Assembly (NCBI GenBank): GCA_001791325.1
Contig: MGEK01000023.1
Location: 4,405 to 68,404, forward strand
Source: Candidatus Uhrbacteria bacterium RIFCSPLOWO2_01_FULL_47_25
GTDB lineage: Bacteria; Patescibacteriota; Patescibacteriia; GWA2-46-9
DNA: 64,000 nt
Direction of reading: 5' to 3'
The notes under the pieces are model-generated. The model did no database searches. It was not told where the DNA came from and saw only the letters and a program-made list of their open reading frames with translations. Position 1 is the first letter of the stretch, and every line of letters starts with the position of its first letter. The position numbers were made by a program, and so were the translations under genes. This document shows positions 18,993-29,532 of the stretch, piece after piece.

Positions 18993-20035
18993 TCCTGCGC
19001 GGATGACACCACAATCTCCTTCAAAAGTTCGGGATTGTCTAACAGCAAGCCGGTGCCGCGCACTACGCAAGTCAGAGGATCGTCAGCTACCCGCACCGGT
19101 ATTTGCGTCGCCTCGGCAATGGCTACACTGATATTTCTCAAAAGTGCGCTACCGCCGGTAAGCACGATACCGCGTTCATAAATATCAGCCACTAATTCAG
19201 GTGGGGTTATTTCCAAAATATCCTTAATATGATCAATGATGGTTTTTACTGACCTAGTCATAGATTGACGAATTTGAGTATCATTCACAACCACTTCTTT
19301 GGGCAGTCCGGAAACAAGATCGCGCCCGCGCATAGTGGTTTCCAGTGGCGTCGCCAAAGGACTAGCTGAACCAATCTGAATTTTAATATCTTCGGCCACT
19401 CTTTCTCCCAAAAGCAAATTAAACTGTTCCCGAGCGTATTGCACGATATTCTGATTAAGTTCATCTCCCGCCAAACGCAAAGATTTGGCTGTCACAATAC
19501 CGCCCAAAGAAATAACAGCAATCTCGGTCGTGCCTCCGCCAATATCCACAACCATGCTGGCCGTCGGTTCCTGCACTGGCAAGCGCGTGCCAATGGCGGC
19601 AGCCATTGGTTCTTCAATCAAATAGACGGAGCGCGCCCCGGCTGAGCGCACCACATCTTCAACGGCTTTCTTTTCCACTTCCGTTATTTCTGTGGGGATC
19701 GCAATAATCACGCGCGGACGCGGCAAAAGAGTAAATGCCTCGCGATGCACCCGATCAATAAAATAGGTGAGCATCTTCTCGGTCACTTCAAAATCGGAAA
19801 TAATGCCATCTACCAGAGGACGCGTAGCCACAATATGGGGCGGTGTCTTGCCAATCATGCGCTCGGCTTCACGCCCCACGGCCACAATCTGATCCGTGCG
19901 GGTATTCACGGCCACGACTGATGGCTCGTTGATAACAATACCGCGATCTTTGACATAAATCAAAGTATTCGCTGTCCCCAAGTCAACGCCAATATCGCGA
20001 GAAACGCGACCAAATATATTCTTTAACACACTCAT
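18983..20035 (-). CDS. mreB: Rod shape-determining protein MreB
   Basis: DIGVDLGTANT, EEPMAAAIG, DIGGGTTE, LTGGSALL. Confidence 0.98.
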   Translation of the reverse strand: MSVLKNIFGRVSRDIGVDLGTANTLIYVKDRGIVINEPSVVAVNTRTDQIVAVGREAERMIGKTPPHIVATRPLVDGIISDFEVTEKMLTYFIDRVHREAFTLLPRPRVIIAIPTEITEVEKKAVEDVVRSAGARSVYLIEEPMAAAIGTRLPVQEPTASMVVDIGGGTTEIAVISLGGIVTAKSLRLAGDELNQNIVQYAREQFNLLLGERVAEDIKIQIGSASPLATPLETTMRGRDLVSGLPKEVVVNDTQIRQSMTRSVKTIIDHIKDILEITPPELVADIYERGIVLTGGSALLRNISVAIAEATQIPVRVADDPLTCVVRGTGLLLDNPELLKEIVVSSAQEPR

Positions 20036-20086
20036 GATATATCAAGTCAAAAGTTATAATTCAAAAATAAAAATTACAATTCAAAA

Positions 20087-21367
20087 TTATAAAGTCTTGC
20101 CTATCGGCTGATTGATAAAAGTTTTATATTTGTCAATTTCGCCGATAATATCCTTGACCACTCTCGCGCGCGACGACATACGTTCTTTTAATTCATAAAC
20201 ACCATCCTTTACTGTTTTGTCGCTCACTACCAATCTTAAAGGAAGACCAATTAAATCCGCGTCTTTAAGTTTCACTCCGGCTGACGCATCGCGATCATCA
20301 TAAAGTACATCCAGACCAAGTTTGTTAATTTTTTCATAAAGCGCGTTGGCCTGTTTGACAATTTCTGGCTCGTCGCTAAGGCGCACTAAATGAACTTGAT
20401 AAGGCGCAACAGCAGACGGCCAGCAAATGCCTTCTTTGTCATGATGTACCTCTACAATCGTCCCCGTGACGCGCCCAAGCCCAATGCCGTAACATCCCAT
20501 TAGCACTGGCCTATCCTCCCCTTTCTCGTCTTTGTATGTCAGCTTGAATGGCTCGGAAAATTTTGTTTTCAATGGAAAAATGTTGCCAACCTCAATGGCC
20601 TTCTCAATCTTGAGATCATCTTTGGGGCGACCGCACTCTGGACAAACTTTTTGTTCATCAATAATCTCCCCGTTAACCGCCACACCGCAATGTTCGCACA
20701 AATATATAGTATCTTCCCCAGCTGACGTCAATGTCTGAAACTCGTGCGAATATTTGGAAAAAGTACCGCCTGAAGCAAAGGTAAAAACTGTGCGTTCACC
20801 AATGCCCGTGCGGTTAAAAATTTTTTTGTAAGCATCAGCGACTTTTTTGTAATAAGCATTAAAATCTTCCTCGTTAACATGAAAAGAATATAAATCTTTC
20901 ATCATAAACTCCCGACCGCGCAAAAGTCCGGATTTAGCCCGAAGCTCCATTCTAAATTTTGTCTGAAACTGATAAAGAGCCAACGGCAAATCTCGGTAAG
21001 ACGAAATATCGCGCTTGGCCAACGGCGTGATTATTTCTTCGTGCGTCGCGCCCAGAGCAAAGTCACGTCCGCTGGAATCGGTGAGCTTGTATAAATCATC
21101 AACCGTTTCCCAACGACCGGTTTGTTCCCAGGCCTCTCTCGGGTGAAGCGCTGGCAATAAAAGCTCCTGCCCGCCAATGACGTTTATCTCTTCGCGAATA
21201 ATATTTTCTATTTTATTGAGAACTCGGAGTCCCAGGGGCAAAAATGAATAAACCCCGGCCATTAATTTCTCCACATAACCAGCCTGAACCAACAGGCGAG
21301 CATTTATGCTCTGTTCGTCTTTAGGCGGGTCGCGAAGAGTTTTACCGAATAGTTTGGATTGAAACAT
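20087..21367 (-). CDS. proS: Proline--tRNA ligase (short form, no editing domain)
   Basis: THEE, GLLRGREFMMKDLYSF, IEVGNIF, MGCYGIG, anticodon-binding domain. Confidence 0.95.
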   Translation of the reverse strand: MFQSKLFGKTLRDPPKDEQSINARLLVQAGYVEKLMAGVYSFLPLGLRVLNKIENIIREEINVIGGQELLLPALHPREAWEQTGRWETVDDLYKLTDSSGRDFALGATHEEIITPLAKRDISSYRDLPLALYQFQTKFRMELRAKSGLLRGREFMMKDLYSFHVNEEDFNAYYKKVADAYKKIFNRTGIGERTVFTFASGGTFSKYSHEFQTLTSAGEDTIYLCEHCGVAVNGEIIDEQKVCPECGRPKDDLKIEKAIEVGNIFPLKTKFSEPFKLTYKDEKGEDRPVLMGCYGIGLGRVTGTIVEVHHDKEGICWPSAVAPYQVHLVRLSDEPEIVKQANALYEKINKLGLDVLYDDRDASAGVKLKDADLIGLPLRLVVSDKTVKDGVYELKERMSSRARVVKDIIGEIDKYKTFINQPIGKTL

Positions 21368-21376
21368 AAGTTAGGA

Positions 21377-21477
21377 ATACGAAATATTCTTACGAAAATA
21401 CGAAAATGTACGAAAAAATGGCTTTTTCTCACGTTGAAACGATATTTCGTATATTCGTAATATTTCGTACGTTCGTA
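21377..21477. repeat. Inverted TACGAAA-type array (8-9 bp period)
   Basis: TACGAAA x4 ... TTTCGTA x4. Related arrays at 27859-27935, 29006-29047 and 37363-37378. Confidence 0.75.
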
Positions 21478-21501
21478 TGTTTAAGCTTGTCAAGCTGCAT
21501 T

Positions 21502-21531
21502 ATTGTACGCAAAAATAGAGGGTTTTGTCAA
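21502..21531 (-). promoter_or_regulatory. Probable sigma70 promoter of proS
   Basis: TTGACA, 18 bp spacer, TACAAT. Confidence 0.6.
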
Positions 21532-21558
21532 AAAACAAAAACTACAACTGTATCAGAA

Positions 21559-24500
21559 CTAAAAAACCACAATCTGCCCGATCACTGACAAACCGTTAAC
21601 GGTTGGGGCTAGACGCGAAGTGCGGCCCTCGGCCTTGACCAAAGAAAGAATTGACTGAATTGAATCGCCAGTGGCCGCGCCAGTGGCGTCCACCACCACA
21701 TTGAAAGTCAAAGCCTGGCCCGGCTTCAAAGTTGGCCCGCCAGTCAGCAGATTGCCGCCTACTCCCCCGACCGGACTGGCAACCGTACGGGAAACAGCCC
21801 GTCCGTTACTGGCGTCAGTCAGACGCAAATTCTTATACCCGCGCGTGACCGAAAGACCGCTTGATGACGATGTTTCAGTCACTGTTAATTCCGGCACAGC
21901 CACGTCCTCGGCGCTGTCAACAGTCATGGTAAAACTGCCAATGATTGTTGACGCGGTCTTGGCTGTTTGACCGCCAGTAAAATTATTGTTTAATCCAAAA
22001 CTGACTTTGCTTTTTTTGAAAATAATTGCCGGCGTTATGCTATTTTCAAGTTGCACCGGAACCTTGGTTTTGGAAACCGTACCCGTGGCCATCACGTCCT
22101 GCACCGTAAACTGGATAGTTTGACCGTCCACGGCGGTGGTGGTATCTATCACAAGATCAAATCCCGATTCACTGCCAGCGTTGATTTCAGTAGCCAAAGC
22201 AAATATGTGAGGATTGCCGTTCGGAGCAACGATCCCTTTGCCACCTAATTTTAAATTACTGTAGCCATCGCTAAATCTCACGGGAGTCGTGCCCACCGCG
22301 CTCAATGTCACTTGTTCAACTCTTACTCTCTCGCCGGCGCTCGGCTGGAATAAATAACGACCAATCTTGAAATTCTTTACGCCGGCCGGAGCCGATGAAG
22401 ATGGTTTAAAATTAGGATCATGGCGCACCCGCAAGGTTATTTCCTGCACGTCTCGCACTGCCGCTGTTACGGCCGCGGAAAAAGTCAAACGATCGGCGGT
22501 ACCCGGCACCACGAAGCTGGCATTAGACAATTCCACCTGATAACGATCGGCAGTGCTGGCGGCGGCGTCAACATTACCGACAATCTCAATGGTGATAACC
22601 TTGCCGCTCTGAATAGTGGGAGGGTTAGATAAATAAATTGTCTGAACTTGATTCATAACACTCGCGGCGCTGACCGAGCCAATGGCCGATCCTCCCTTAA
22701 TCTTGATGGTCACGCTCTCCGACAAAGGAGTGTAAGGAGCAGCCGTTAAAATCTTCACGCCTATTTTTTCAAACAGCAGCGCCTGCCCAAGCGCCTTAAT
22801 ATCAAAAGCGGCAAGTACGGCATCGCGGGCGCCGCGCGTGATCGCCCCGCTTGGGCTTTGCGCGTTAAGATCAACGAGCACCTTGCCGGGTTCAATGAAG
22901 ATAGCATTAAAGGCACCGTTGGAACGGCCGCCAACTGGGAAGTTCCCATCCGCCGGGCCGGCTCGCGCCGCCAGAGCGTAACCATTAGTCGCGCCCTTGG
23001 CAAAAATATCATAATCATTTTGAATGATAAATTGCGAGGTGTTGTTTGAACCGCCAACGATGTCGGCGCGCAGAGCGATTTCCTTACTCTCGCCGCGGCG
23101 CAGACGATAAGAATTTTTGCCAAAATCAATTAAAATACTGCGGCCGCGAATGGTCGCGTCTTTGGCAATTACTTTATTGGCATCGTCCACTAATTCATAT
23201 TGCCCAAAATCAGAAACCTGACCGTTGCCGAGCTGGGTAAAAATCAGGCGCTCTAAAAGCACATCCTCGGCGCCACCGGCCACAGAAAAACGCCACCGAT
23301 TTAAAATTTGATCAGCTGTGCCAATAACTATATTTCTAGGTGAACTGGCAATAACCACTGAATCAACTGACAATTGACCGATAATTGCCGTAGCCGGCAT
23401 AACGGTATGCGTAGCGCTCGCCAAAGGAAAACTACCGCGCACAACAGCGCTCGCTAAGACTGACGAGGCATCAATAATAGTCAGATAAAAAGTCTTCTGC
23501 GAAACGGCCGTCGTGGAAGCGAAATTAACCATGACGGTTAGAATTCTCGGTTGGCCCGGTACAACCACTACCGGATCGGCCAAGGTGAAACTCGCCACGC
23601 CGTCAGCGAATCTTTGTGGATTGGTCAGTAAAAATCCTTTCTCATCCAACAGGGCCACGCCATCAATCTCTGCATCGCTCATAAAACCGCGCTTGGTAAT
23701 CTTTAAAGAATTGAGCCGCACTAGAGCATCAACGGCGCTTAAATTAATAGTCCAGACGCGATTGCGTATGGTGCCGGCCGGAAAAATAGTGGCGGCAATA
23801 TCCGAACCGGCGCTAATGGTTAACGACGCACCGCCTGCTGGCGGCGAAACTGGCGTTGTCAACTCAAGGGGGCTCGTTATGGCATAACCTTCAAGCGCCG
23901 CCGCAGGTACTGTTAATATTTTAGACCACGAAAAACCTTTGGCCACGAAAATTTCCGGCGAGGGTATAGGCGCTCTGGTTTGCTTTTCTAGATCCAAATA
24001 AAAAACCTTTTGATCACTGGGAGCTCGCGCTAAGCTAGTGTTGGGGTACATGCGAGCATCGGAATTGCTGATTTCAAAAATGTTTTCCCACTTCTCGCCG
24101 CTGTTTATAAAACTCACTTCTGTAGGAAACCAAAATTTTTGACTGCTCGCCTTGTCCAATAAATAAACTCTCGACCCCAACGAAGATTTTATCAACCTAA
24201 CGTTTGGCAATTTGTCCAGCGCCTCGCTTGATATTGTTTCTATTTTTCCGCCCGCGTAACTATATGAACCAAATGAAGTCGGCGAGAGAAAAAGATATTT
24301 GTGCCCGCGTACAACCGCGTAAATACTGGGTGATCCCTTAACCTGCAACAATCGCACTGCCGCCCTATCTAAGAGCGAGGCCGCCCGAACACCGCTCGCC
24401 GTTGTGCCAAAAATAAATAAGGCAACGGCTAGAACTGACGCCGTTATGATAAATCCCGCACCTTTCCACCCCGCCGTTGCGGGGTGGAAATGATTGATTT

Positions 24501-24612
24501 GATATCCCATCGTCCCCGTGGCAACCTGCCTGCCGGTAGGCAGGGACACTTGGGGTATCCGAGAAAGGTGCGGGATAAACGACTTTAATTTTGACGAGTG
24601 GACGAAAAACAT
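21559..24612 (-). CDS. Large secreted beta-rich surface (S-layer-like) protein
   Basis: Signal peptide, three ~50-aa N-terminal repeats (..VYLL..K..F.S...F...G..W..I), then repeated Ig-like beta domains. Confidence 0.8.
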   Translation of the reverse strand: MFFVHSSKLKSFIPHLSRIPQVSLPTGRQVATGTMGYQINHFHPATAGWKGAGFIITASVLAVALFIFGTTASGVRAASLLDRAAVRLLQVKGSPSIYAVVRGHKYLFLSPTSFGSYSYAGGKIETISSEALDKLPNVRLIKSSLGSRVYLLDKASSQKFWFPTEVSFINSGEKWENIFEISNSDARMYPNTSLARAPSDQKVFYLDLEKQTRAPIPSPEIFVAKGFSWSKILTVPAAALEGYAITSPLELTTPVSPPAGGASLTISAGSDIAATIFPAGTIRNRVWTINLSAVDALVRLNSLKITKRGFMSDAEIDGVALLDEKGFLLTNPQRFADGVASFTLADPVVVVPGQPRILTVMVNFASTTAVSQKTFYLTIIDASSVLASAVVRGSFPLASATHTVMPATAIIGQLSVDSVVIASSPRNIVIGTADQILNRWRFSVAGGAEDVLLERLIFTQLGNGQVSDFGQYELVDDANKVIAKDATIRGRSILIDFGKNSYRLRRGESKEIALRADIVGGSNNTSQFIIQNDYDIFAKGATNGYALAARAGPADGNFPVGGRSNGAFNAIFIEPGKVLVDLNAQSPSGAITRGARDAVLAAFDIKALGQALLFEKIGVKILTAAPYTPLSESVTIKIKGGSAIGSVSAASVMNQVQTIYLSNPPTIQSGKVITIEIVGNVDAAASTADRYQVELSNASFVVPGTADRLTFSAAVTAAVRDVQEITLRVRHDPNFKPSSSAPAGVKNFKIGRYLFQPSAGERVRVEQVTLSAVGTTPVRFSDGYSNLKLGGKGIVAPNGNPHIFALATEINAGSESGFDLVIDTTTAVDGQTIQFTVQDVMATGTVSKTKVPVQLENSITPAIIFKKSKVSFGLNNNFTGGQTAKTASTIIGSFTMTVDSAEDVAVPELTVTETSSSSGLSVTRGYKNLRLTDASNGRAVSRTVASPVGGVGGNLLTGGPTLKPGQALTFNVVVDATGAATGDSIQSILSLVKAEGRTSRLAPTVNGLSVIGQIVVF
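24454..24575. mobile_element. Family C MITE inserted in-frame in a signal peptide
   Basis: TIRs TCCCGCACCTTTC / GAAAGGTGCGGGA with TAAA flanks on both sides. Net insertion is 126 bp. Nested hairpins at 24465-24489 and 24525-24544. Confidence 0.8.
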
Positions 24613-24680
24613 AACAAACCCCGCACCATAACTTTCTGGCTCATTGCTTTTTTAAAAAGTTTTGTCATAGCACATTCTTA

Positions 24681-25799
24681 TCAAGAAACCAAACGGCGCA
24701 GACTCATTAGCCAGCCGCTAAACGCGCCACCAAAACGCTTTAAGTCAAAATAAGTAACAACCACTACTAAAATAATCAAGACGGTAAAACCCAAACTATG
24801 AATGCGACCCTCTAATTCCGCCGATACTGGCCGGCGTCTAATGATCTCAATAAAAATAAAAAGAAGGCGACCACCATCAAGCGCCGGAAAGGGCAATAAA
24901 TTAATAAAGGCTAAATTTAATGACAATATGGCGACAAACTGTAAAATGTAAATCCAGCCAAGGCTGGAAACTTTGCCAGAAAGAACGGCGATACCAACCG
25001 GACCAGTCACGTCTATCGACGCCGGCGCGCCTCGAAATAACCCAACGACTAATTCACCTAACGTAGTGGCGATCAGGCTGAAAAGTCTGGCCGTCAACCG
25101 TGTTGCTTCCACTGGTGCTTTGTACCAAGGATAAGAAACCGTGGCCGTTGTAAACAAACTAACGCCTATACCATAAACTTCTTGATCGCGAAATTTGAGA
25201 AGTGTTGGCTGAATTGTGACTGTGCGGTATTCTAAGTTGCGCTTAATAACCAGATCAAGTTTGGAATTGGCATGATCGCGAATATATGACTGTAAATCAG
25301 ACAACGAAGCAAAAATCTGTCCATCAATTGACACAATTGCATCTCCGCTCTCCAGAATGCCATCCGCCGGGCTCTGGGGCAGGGTAGCGGCAATATAATG
25401 CTGAACGTCGCTTAAACGCGCTCCAGCCGGCAATGATTCACCTAACTCTTGCGGTAAACCGACAGCGTAACCAATAGTAAATAAAAATACCACCACCGCT
25501 AAATTCATCACGATGCCGGCAACAATTATAACCGCCCGGCGCCAGGGTGACTGAGAAGAAAAGCTGTCGGGTCCGACGACTGTTCGTTCTTCGCCCCGAA
25601 TCCGCACAAACCCCCCCAAAGGAATCCAATTGAAAGAATAAACAGTTTGGCCTAGCCGCTTTTTGAAAATTGCTGGCGGAAAACCAAAGCCAAATTCGTC
25701 CACCGCCACGCCAAACCAACGAGCCGCCCCAAAGTGTCCAAACTCATGCACCAGCACGAGAATGAGTAAAGTAATAATGAAAGTCAAAACTCCAATCAT
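24681..25799 (-). CDS. rseP: RseP-family site-2 intramembrane metalloprotease (M50)
   Basis: HEFGH, PLGGFV, PDZ domain, NLLPFPALDGG. Start trimmed to MIGVL because the upstream extension is repeat-derived. Confidence 0.95.
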   Translation of the reverse strand: MIGVLTFIITLLILVLVHEFGHFGAARWFGVAVDEFGFGFPPAIFKKRLGQTVYSFNWIPLGGFVRIRGEERTVVGPDSFSSQSPWRRAVIIVAGIVMNLAVVVFLFTIGYAVGLPQELGESLPAGARLSDVQHYIAATLPQSPADGILESGDAIVSIDGQIFASLSDLQSYIRDHANSKLDLVIKRNLEYRTVTIQPTLLKFRDQEVYGIGVSLFTTATVSYPWYKAPVEATRLTARLFSLIATTLGELVVGLFRGAPASIDVTGPVGIAVLSGKVSSLGWIYILQFVAILSLNLAFINLLPFPALDGGRLLFIFIEIIRRRPVSAELEGRIHSLGFTVLIILVVVVTYFDLKRFGGAFSGWLMSLRRLVS

Positions 25800-25805
25800 G
25801 GATAT

Positions 25806-25932
25806 AAAATTCAAAAAGCAAAAGTCAAAATGGCAAGTCAAAAGTTCTAAGTTCTATGTTCTGGGTTCAAAGCACCACATATATATTAAAGATTATATAT
25901 TGGAGACTAGAGACTGTGGTAGCAGTGGCAGA
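25806..25932. repeat. Mixed heptamer array
   Basis: TCAAAAAGCAAAAGTCAAAATGGCAAGTCAAAAG, then GTTCTAA-GTTCTAT-GTTCTGG and GAGACTA-GAGACTG units. Confidence 0.6.
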
Positions 25933-26487
25933 TCAAACTGTTAGAATTTCTTCTTCCTTGCGCTCTCCTAAAACACCAATTTGATCAATATAGTCTTTGA
26001 CCAACTCGTCTAAATCTTTTTGCGCTCGGAAACGATCGTCCTCAGTTATGGTTTTTTCTTTCTCCGCCTTAATTATTTGTTCGCGCGCCTTCTCGCGTAT
26101 CTGGCGCACCTGAATTCTAGCGGCTTCCAATTTTTGATTCATAACCTTAAGCAGCGCCTGCCTGGTTTCAGCAGTCAAAGGAGGAAAGGTGAGCCGAATT
26201 ACCGTACCGTCATTGGCTATGCCCACACTAAGATCAGCTTTCACCAAACTGCGCTCAATATCTTTGATGATTGTTTTATCCCACGGTTGAACAATAATAG
26301 TGCGCGCCTCAGGCACGGTCATACTCGCAAGTTCCTTAAGGCGCATCTCCGAGCCATAGGCCTCAATTTTGATGTCTTCAACCAAACTGGGCGTAGCGCG
26401 ATTGCTACGCACACTCGCGAACTCTGTTTTTAGATGCTCAATGGCTCTATCAAATTCCGACTTGTGTTCTATGATAATCTGCATCAT
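25933..26487 (-). CDS. frr: Ribosome recycling factor
   Basis: RSNRATPSLVE, QPWD, PPLT, EARIQVRQIRE. Confidence 0.95.
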   Translation of the reverse strand: MMQIIIEHKSEFDRAIEHLKTEFASVRSNRATPSLVEDIKIEAYGSEMRLKELASMTVPEARTIIVQPWDKTIIKDIERSLVKADLSVGIANDGTVIRLTFPPLTAETRQALLKVMNQKLEAARIQVRQIREKAREQIIKAEKEKTITEDDRFRAQKDLDELVKDYIDQIGVLGERKEEEILTV

Positions 26488-26496
26488 AAGTAGAGT

Positions 26497-26712
26497 AATG
26501 AATTAAAAATACTGAATCGTAAATCATGAATTGAGTTTGATGGTTTTTACTATTCATTATTCTGATTGATAATTCATCATTAATTATTATTTAGAGATTA
26601 GATATTTCCGCCCGAGGCACCGCGCCAGCCGGCGGGCAGGGATCTCAACCCGAGGCTGATATGGGCCTCGGGCCCAAACTTTGAGCTAAAGAGATTAGAT
26701 GTTGGGAATTAC
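26497..26712. repeat. Heptamer arrays with triple-nested GC palindromes (26606-26690)
   Basis: TTCCGCCCGAGGC[..GCCAGCCGGCGGGCAGG]GATC[..CCCGAGGCTGATATGGGCCTCGGG..]..TTGAGCTAAA inside TTAGAGATTAGAT repeats. Confidence 0.7.
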
Positions 26713-26725
26713 GAATAGTATGATT

Positions 26726-27832
26726 TTACTTCTTGCCCGTCCGGGCAACCCCAAGATATTGTGTGGTGGGCACCTTAGGATCAACTAACAATATAGTATG
26801 CGCTCCCGGCACCGGCAAGGTCTTGGTTTCCCAAGTTTTCCCCGCATCCTGTGAACGATAAAGCGTCCTATCCGTAGTGTAATAAAGCTCCGTGGAATTA
26901 TTGGGATTAAGAGCGACCGCGAAAATATCAACAGAAGATGGAGGGGTCAACAACGGCAAGGCCGACCAAGTAGACCCTCCGTCCGTTGTCCTCACAAGAC
27001 CATACTTTGAAGCAGTAATAACCGTATCGGGTCGCATAGGATCCACTACCAAGTCGTTGATGGACAACGCCCCGGGAAATTTTTTTAGATCTTCACTCAT
27101 GTCCTGCCAGGTAGCGCCGCTGTCTTCGCTACGCCAAAATCCACGTCCTTCTATGATGAGATAAATGGTACTCGCCTTTAAAGCATGTTTCACAATACGA
27201 TTAATACGCCCTTGTAATCGGGCTATCGTTTCCCAACTTTTGCCGGCATCAGAACTTTTAAGCACCTCTCCAGTAGTCAGACCAGCATAAATCATCGCCG
27301 GATTCTCCTGATTGATGGCTAAGGTTAACACTTTCTCCTGCAATCGTGTGTCATAATACAACTGATCCCAAAACCGTCCACAATCAGTGGTACGTAAAAT
27401 ACGATTTGCTGTGGCAATATAAATAGTGCAACGCATGCTCGGAGCGCTGGACACGGCTATGGCATTGATATCGCCCTGGCGAATTGGACCAGACGGCCAC
27501 CAACTATCACCTCCATCATAGGAATAGTAAAGACCCTGCCCTTGACTTCCCAAATAAAGGGTACGGCTGTCCGTCGGGTCTAAAATTAATGTCTGCACGT
27601 TAATATTATCAAGGGTCGGACGAGCGGCGGGATTGGCAGATAGAATGCTGTTTCTGGTCACCCAATTATCACCACGATCTATGGATTTATAAATACCGAC
27701 CGGCGGTGGCGGTGGACCTTGTTTCTGACCACCAAATCCAATAAAGTCCGTGATAGAACATCCGCTAAGAAACAAGGTAAGGGGCAAAGCGGCGAATATA
27801 AGGCCCCGATGAATGGTTGTTTTAGTAATCAT
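26726..27832 (-). CDS. BNR/Asp-box (VPS10/YCF48-like) beta-propeller lipoprotein
   Basis: Lipobox LSGC and repeated SxDxGxTW motifs. Confidence 0.85.
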   Translation of the reverse strand: MITKTTIHRGLIFAALPLTLFLSGCSITDFIGFGGQKQGPPPPPVGIYKSIDRGDNWVTRNSILSANPAARPTLDNINVQTLILDPTDSRTLYLGSQGQGLYYSYDGGDSWWPSGPIRQGDINAIAVSSAPSMRCTIYIATANRILRTTDCGRFWDQLYYDTRLQEKVLTLAINQENPAMIYAGLTTGEVLKSSDAGKSWETIARLQGRINRIVKHALKASTIYLIIEGRGFWRSEDSGATWQDMSEDLKKFPGALSINDLVVDPMRPDTVITASKYGLVRTTDGGSTWSALPLLTPPSSVDIFAVALNPNNSTELYYTTDRTLYRSQDAGKTWETKTLPVPGAHTILLVDPKVPTTQYLGVARTGKK

Positions 27833-27858
27833 AAGGGTAAATCTTAAATCCTAAACCC

Positions 27859-28000
27859 ATACGAAAGTACGAAATCGGAACGGGCAACTTTCGTACCTTT
27901 CGTATTGTTTCGTAATTTCGTAAGAATATTTCGTTAAGCATAATTGATCGTTGTATTATTTAAAAATTAGAAATTATATTTATGGATTTTCTAACGGGGT
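27859..28000. repeat. TACGAAA-type inverted array plus an orphan family A terminus (TTCTAACGGGGT, 27989-28000)
   Basis: TACGAAA x2 / TTTCGTA x4. The terminus overlaps the holB TAA. Confidence 0.7.
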
Positions 28001-28986
28001 TATAAGGTTATAAAAAAATTGTTTAAAGCAAGACGACGGTTGGCATTGCGATCTAGCGCCCATCCTAGCCATTCAAGCATTTGATATCTTGCCAGCCAAT
28101 CTCTCGCCTGCAGTGTTTTAGCCACCTCATCCAAACGGGAACGTAAAAAAGTATGACTGATTAAGCCCGGCTCGCCAATAGACAGTAAAAGCAAGTCACG
28201 CAATAACAATTGCCAATGCGACAAAATACCGTGCCAGTCAGCTAATGACAAATCGTCGTTTTTGGCAATATCTTCAGTGAAAGAAAAACGCGTTTTGAGC
28301 GAACCTTCAAAAAGATCAAAAAATTGTTGACCAGCCGCCTCATAAGCTTTAAGATCAGCTGGCTGTGATCGCCAGCGCAAGGCCAATCCCGGCAACCCAT
28401 TGGACAAAGACGCAAGTTCAGTTGACCGCGAACGATCCAGCCCACTCTCCTGTAAAGCCTTCATGATCAAAGAGCTTGACACCGGCGTGAAGGCACAATG
28501 CTGTAATCGCGAACGAACAGTGGGGAGTAAAGTTTCAACGACTTCCGCAACTAAAAATATTACGGACGCCGACGACGGTTCTTCTAATGTTTTTAACAAG
28601 GCATTGAAACCTGCCTTGGTCAAATAGCTAAGGTCTTCAATAACGGCTATTCGCTCCCGAGCCGTAAACGGCGTTTGGGCAATGGCCGCGATAAAATCGC
28701 GCACCTCTTGAACTCCAATAGAGGAGGCGCCAGCAACTAACCTTAGACGTAATAAATCTGGATGTTCATTACCCTGCCAAGAACGACATGAAACACATTG
28801 ACCACAAGCACCCTTGACGGTAATGTTATGACAAAGCATAGCCCGGCTTAACATCCGTAAGAACGTTCTTTTCCCTATGTGCCGCGGCCCGGAGAATAAG
28901 TAAGCATGGGCACAACGTCCTTCTTTAGCCAGAGAAGCGAAATATCTTTGCCAATGCGGCTGTCCAATAAAACCGTCAAAAATCAT
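28000..28986 (-). CDS. holB: DNA polymerase III subunit delta'
   Basis: HAYLFSGPRHIGK, CGQCVSC, HPD, NALLKTLEEP, TVRSR. Confidence 0.92.
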   Translation of the reverse strand: MIFDGFIGQPHWQRYFASLAKEGRCAHAYLFSGPRHIGKRTFLRMLSRAMLCHNITVKGACGQCVSCRSWQGNEHPDLLRLRLVAGASSIGVQEVRDFIAAIAQTPFTARERIAVIEDLSYLTKAGFNALLKTLEEPSSASVIFLVAEVVETLLPTVRSRLQHCAFTPVSSSLIMKALQESGLDRSRSTELASLSNGLPGLALRWRSQPADLKAYEAAGQQFFDLFEGSLKTRFSFTEDIAKNDDLSLADWHGILSHWQLLLRDLLLLSIGEPGLISHTFLRSRLDEVAKTLQARDWLARYQMLEWLGWALDRNANRRLALNNFFITL

Positions 28987-29005
28987 GGCTACAGTATAGC
29001 ATATG

Positions 29006-29120
29006 AATATTCTTACGAAAATACGAAAAGATACGAAAGTACGAAAGAATTTACAACCTTGCGCCTTACGACCTTACGGCTCTATGGCTAAATCCTGATT
29101 CCTGACGCCTAATTCCTATA
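29006..29120. repeat. Mixed short-period arrays in the holB/archease divergent region
   Basis: TACGAAA x4, CCTTACG-type x3-4, TCCTGAT-type units. Confidence 0.6.
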
Positions 29121-29124
29121 GGAT

Positions 29125-29532
29125 ATGCCTCACCAAATACTACCACATACTGCCGATGTTAGACTGCTCGTGGAAAACGAAACTGTAGAGGGACTTTTTA
29201 TTGAAGCACTTCAGGGCATGACAGAGATAATGAAGCCTATTGAAGAGATCAATGCCCGGCCGGCGAGCCGCCGCATTTCCCTTAAGGCTGCTGATAGCAC
29301 TGCCCTACTCGTTGACTTTCTTAATGAAGTGCTTTCAATGACTGAAATAAATCATGAAACTTACACTGATATTGTTTGGCAACACTTTTCAGAGCGTCGC
29401 TTAACGGTAAAACTAATCGGCAGAAGCGTCGCTGGTTTTGCCAAAAATATCAAGGCCGCCACCTATCACGAAGCGGACATCAGAAAAAACCCAAAGGGAA
29501 ATTTTGAAACGGTTATTATTTTTGATATTTAA
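29125..29532 (+). CDS. Archease (RtcB activator)
   Basis: HTADV N-terminus, IKAATYH, C-terminal FDI. Directly upstream of rtcB. Confidence 0.93.
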   Translation: MPHQILPHTADVRLLVENETVEGLFIEALQGMTEIMKPIEEINARPASRRISLKAADSTALLVDFLNEVLSMTEINHETYTDIVWQHFSERRLTVKLIGRSVAGFAKNIKAATYHEADIRKNPKGNFETVIIFDI

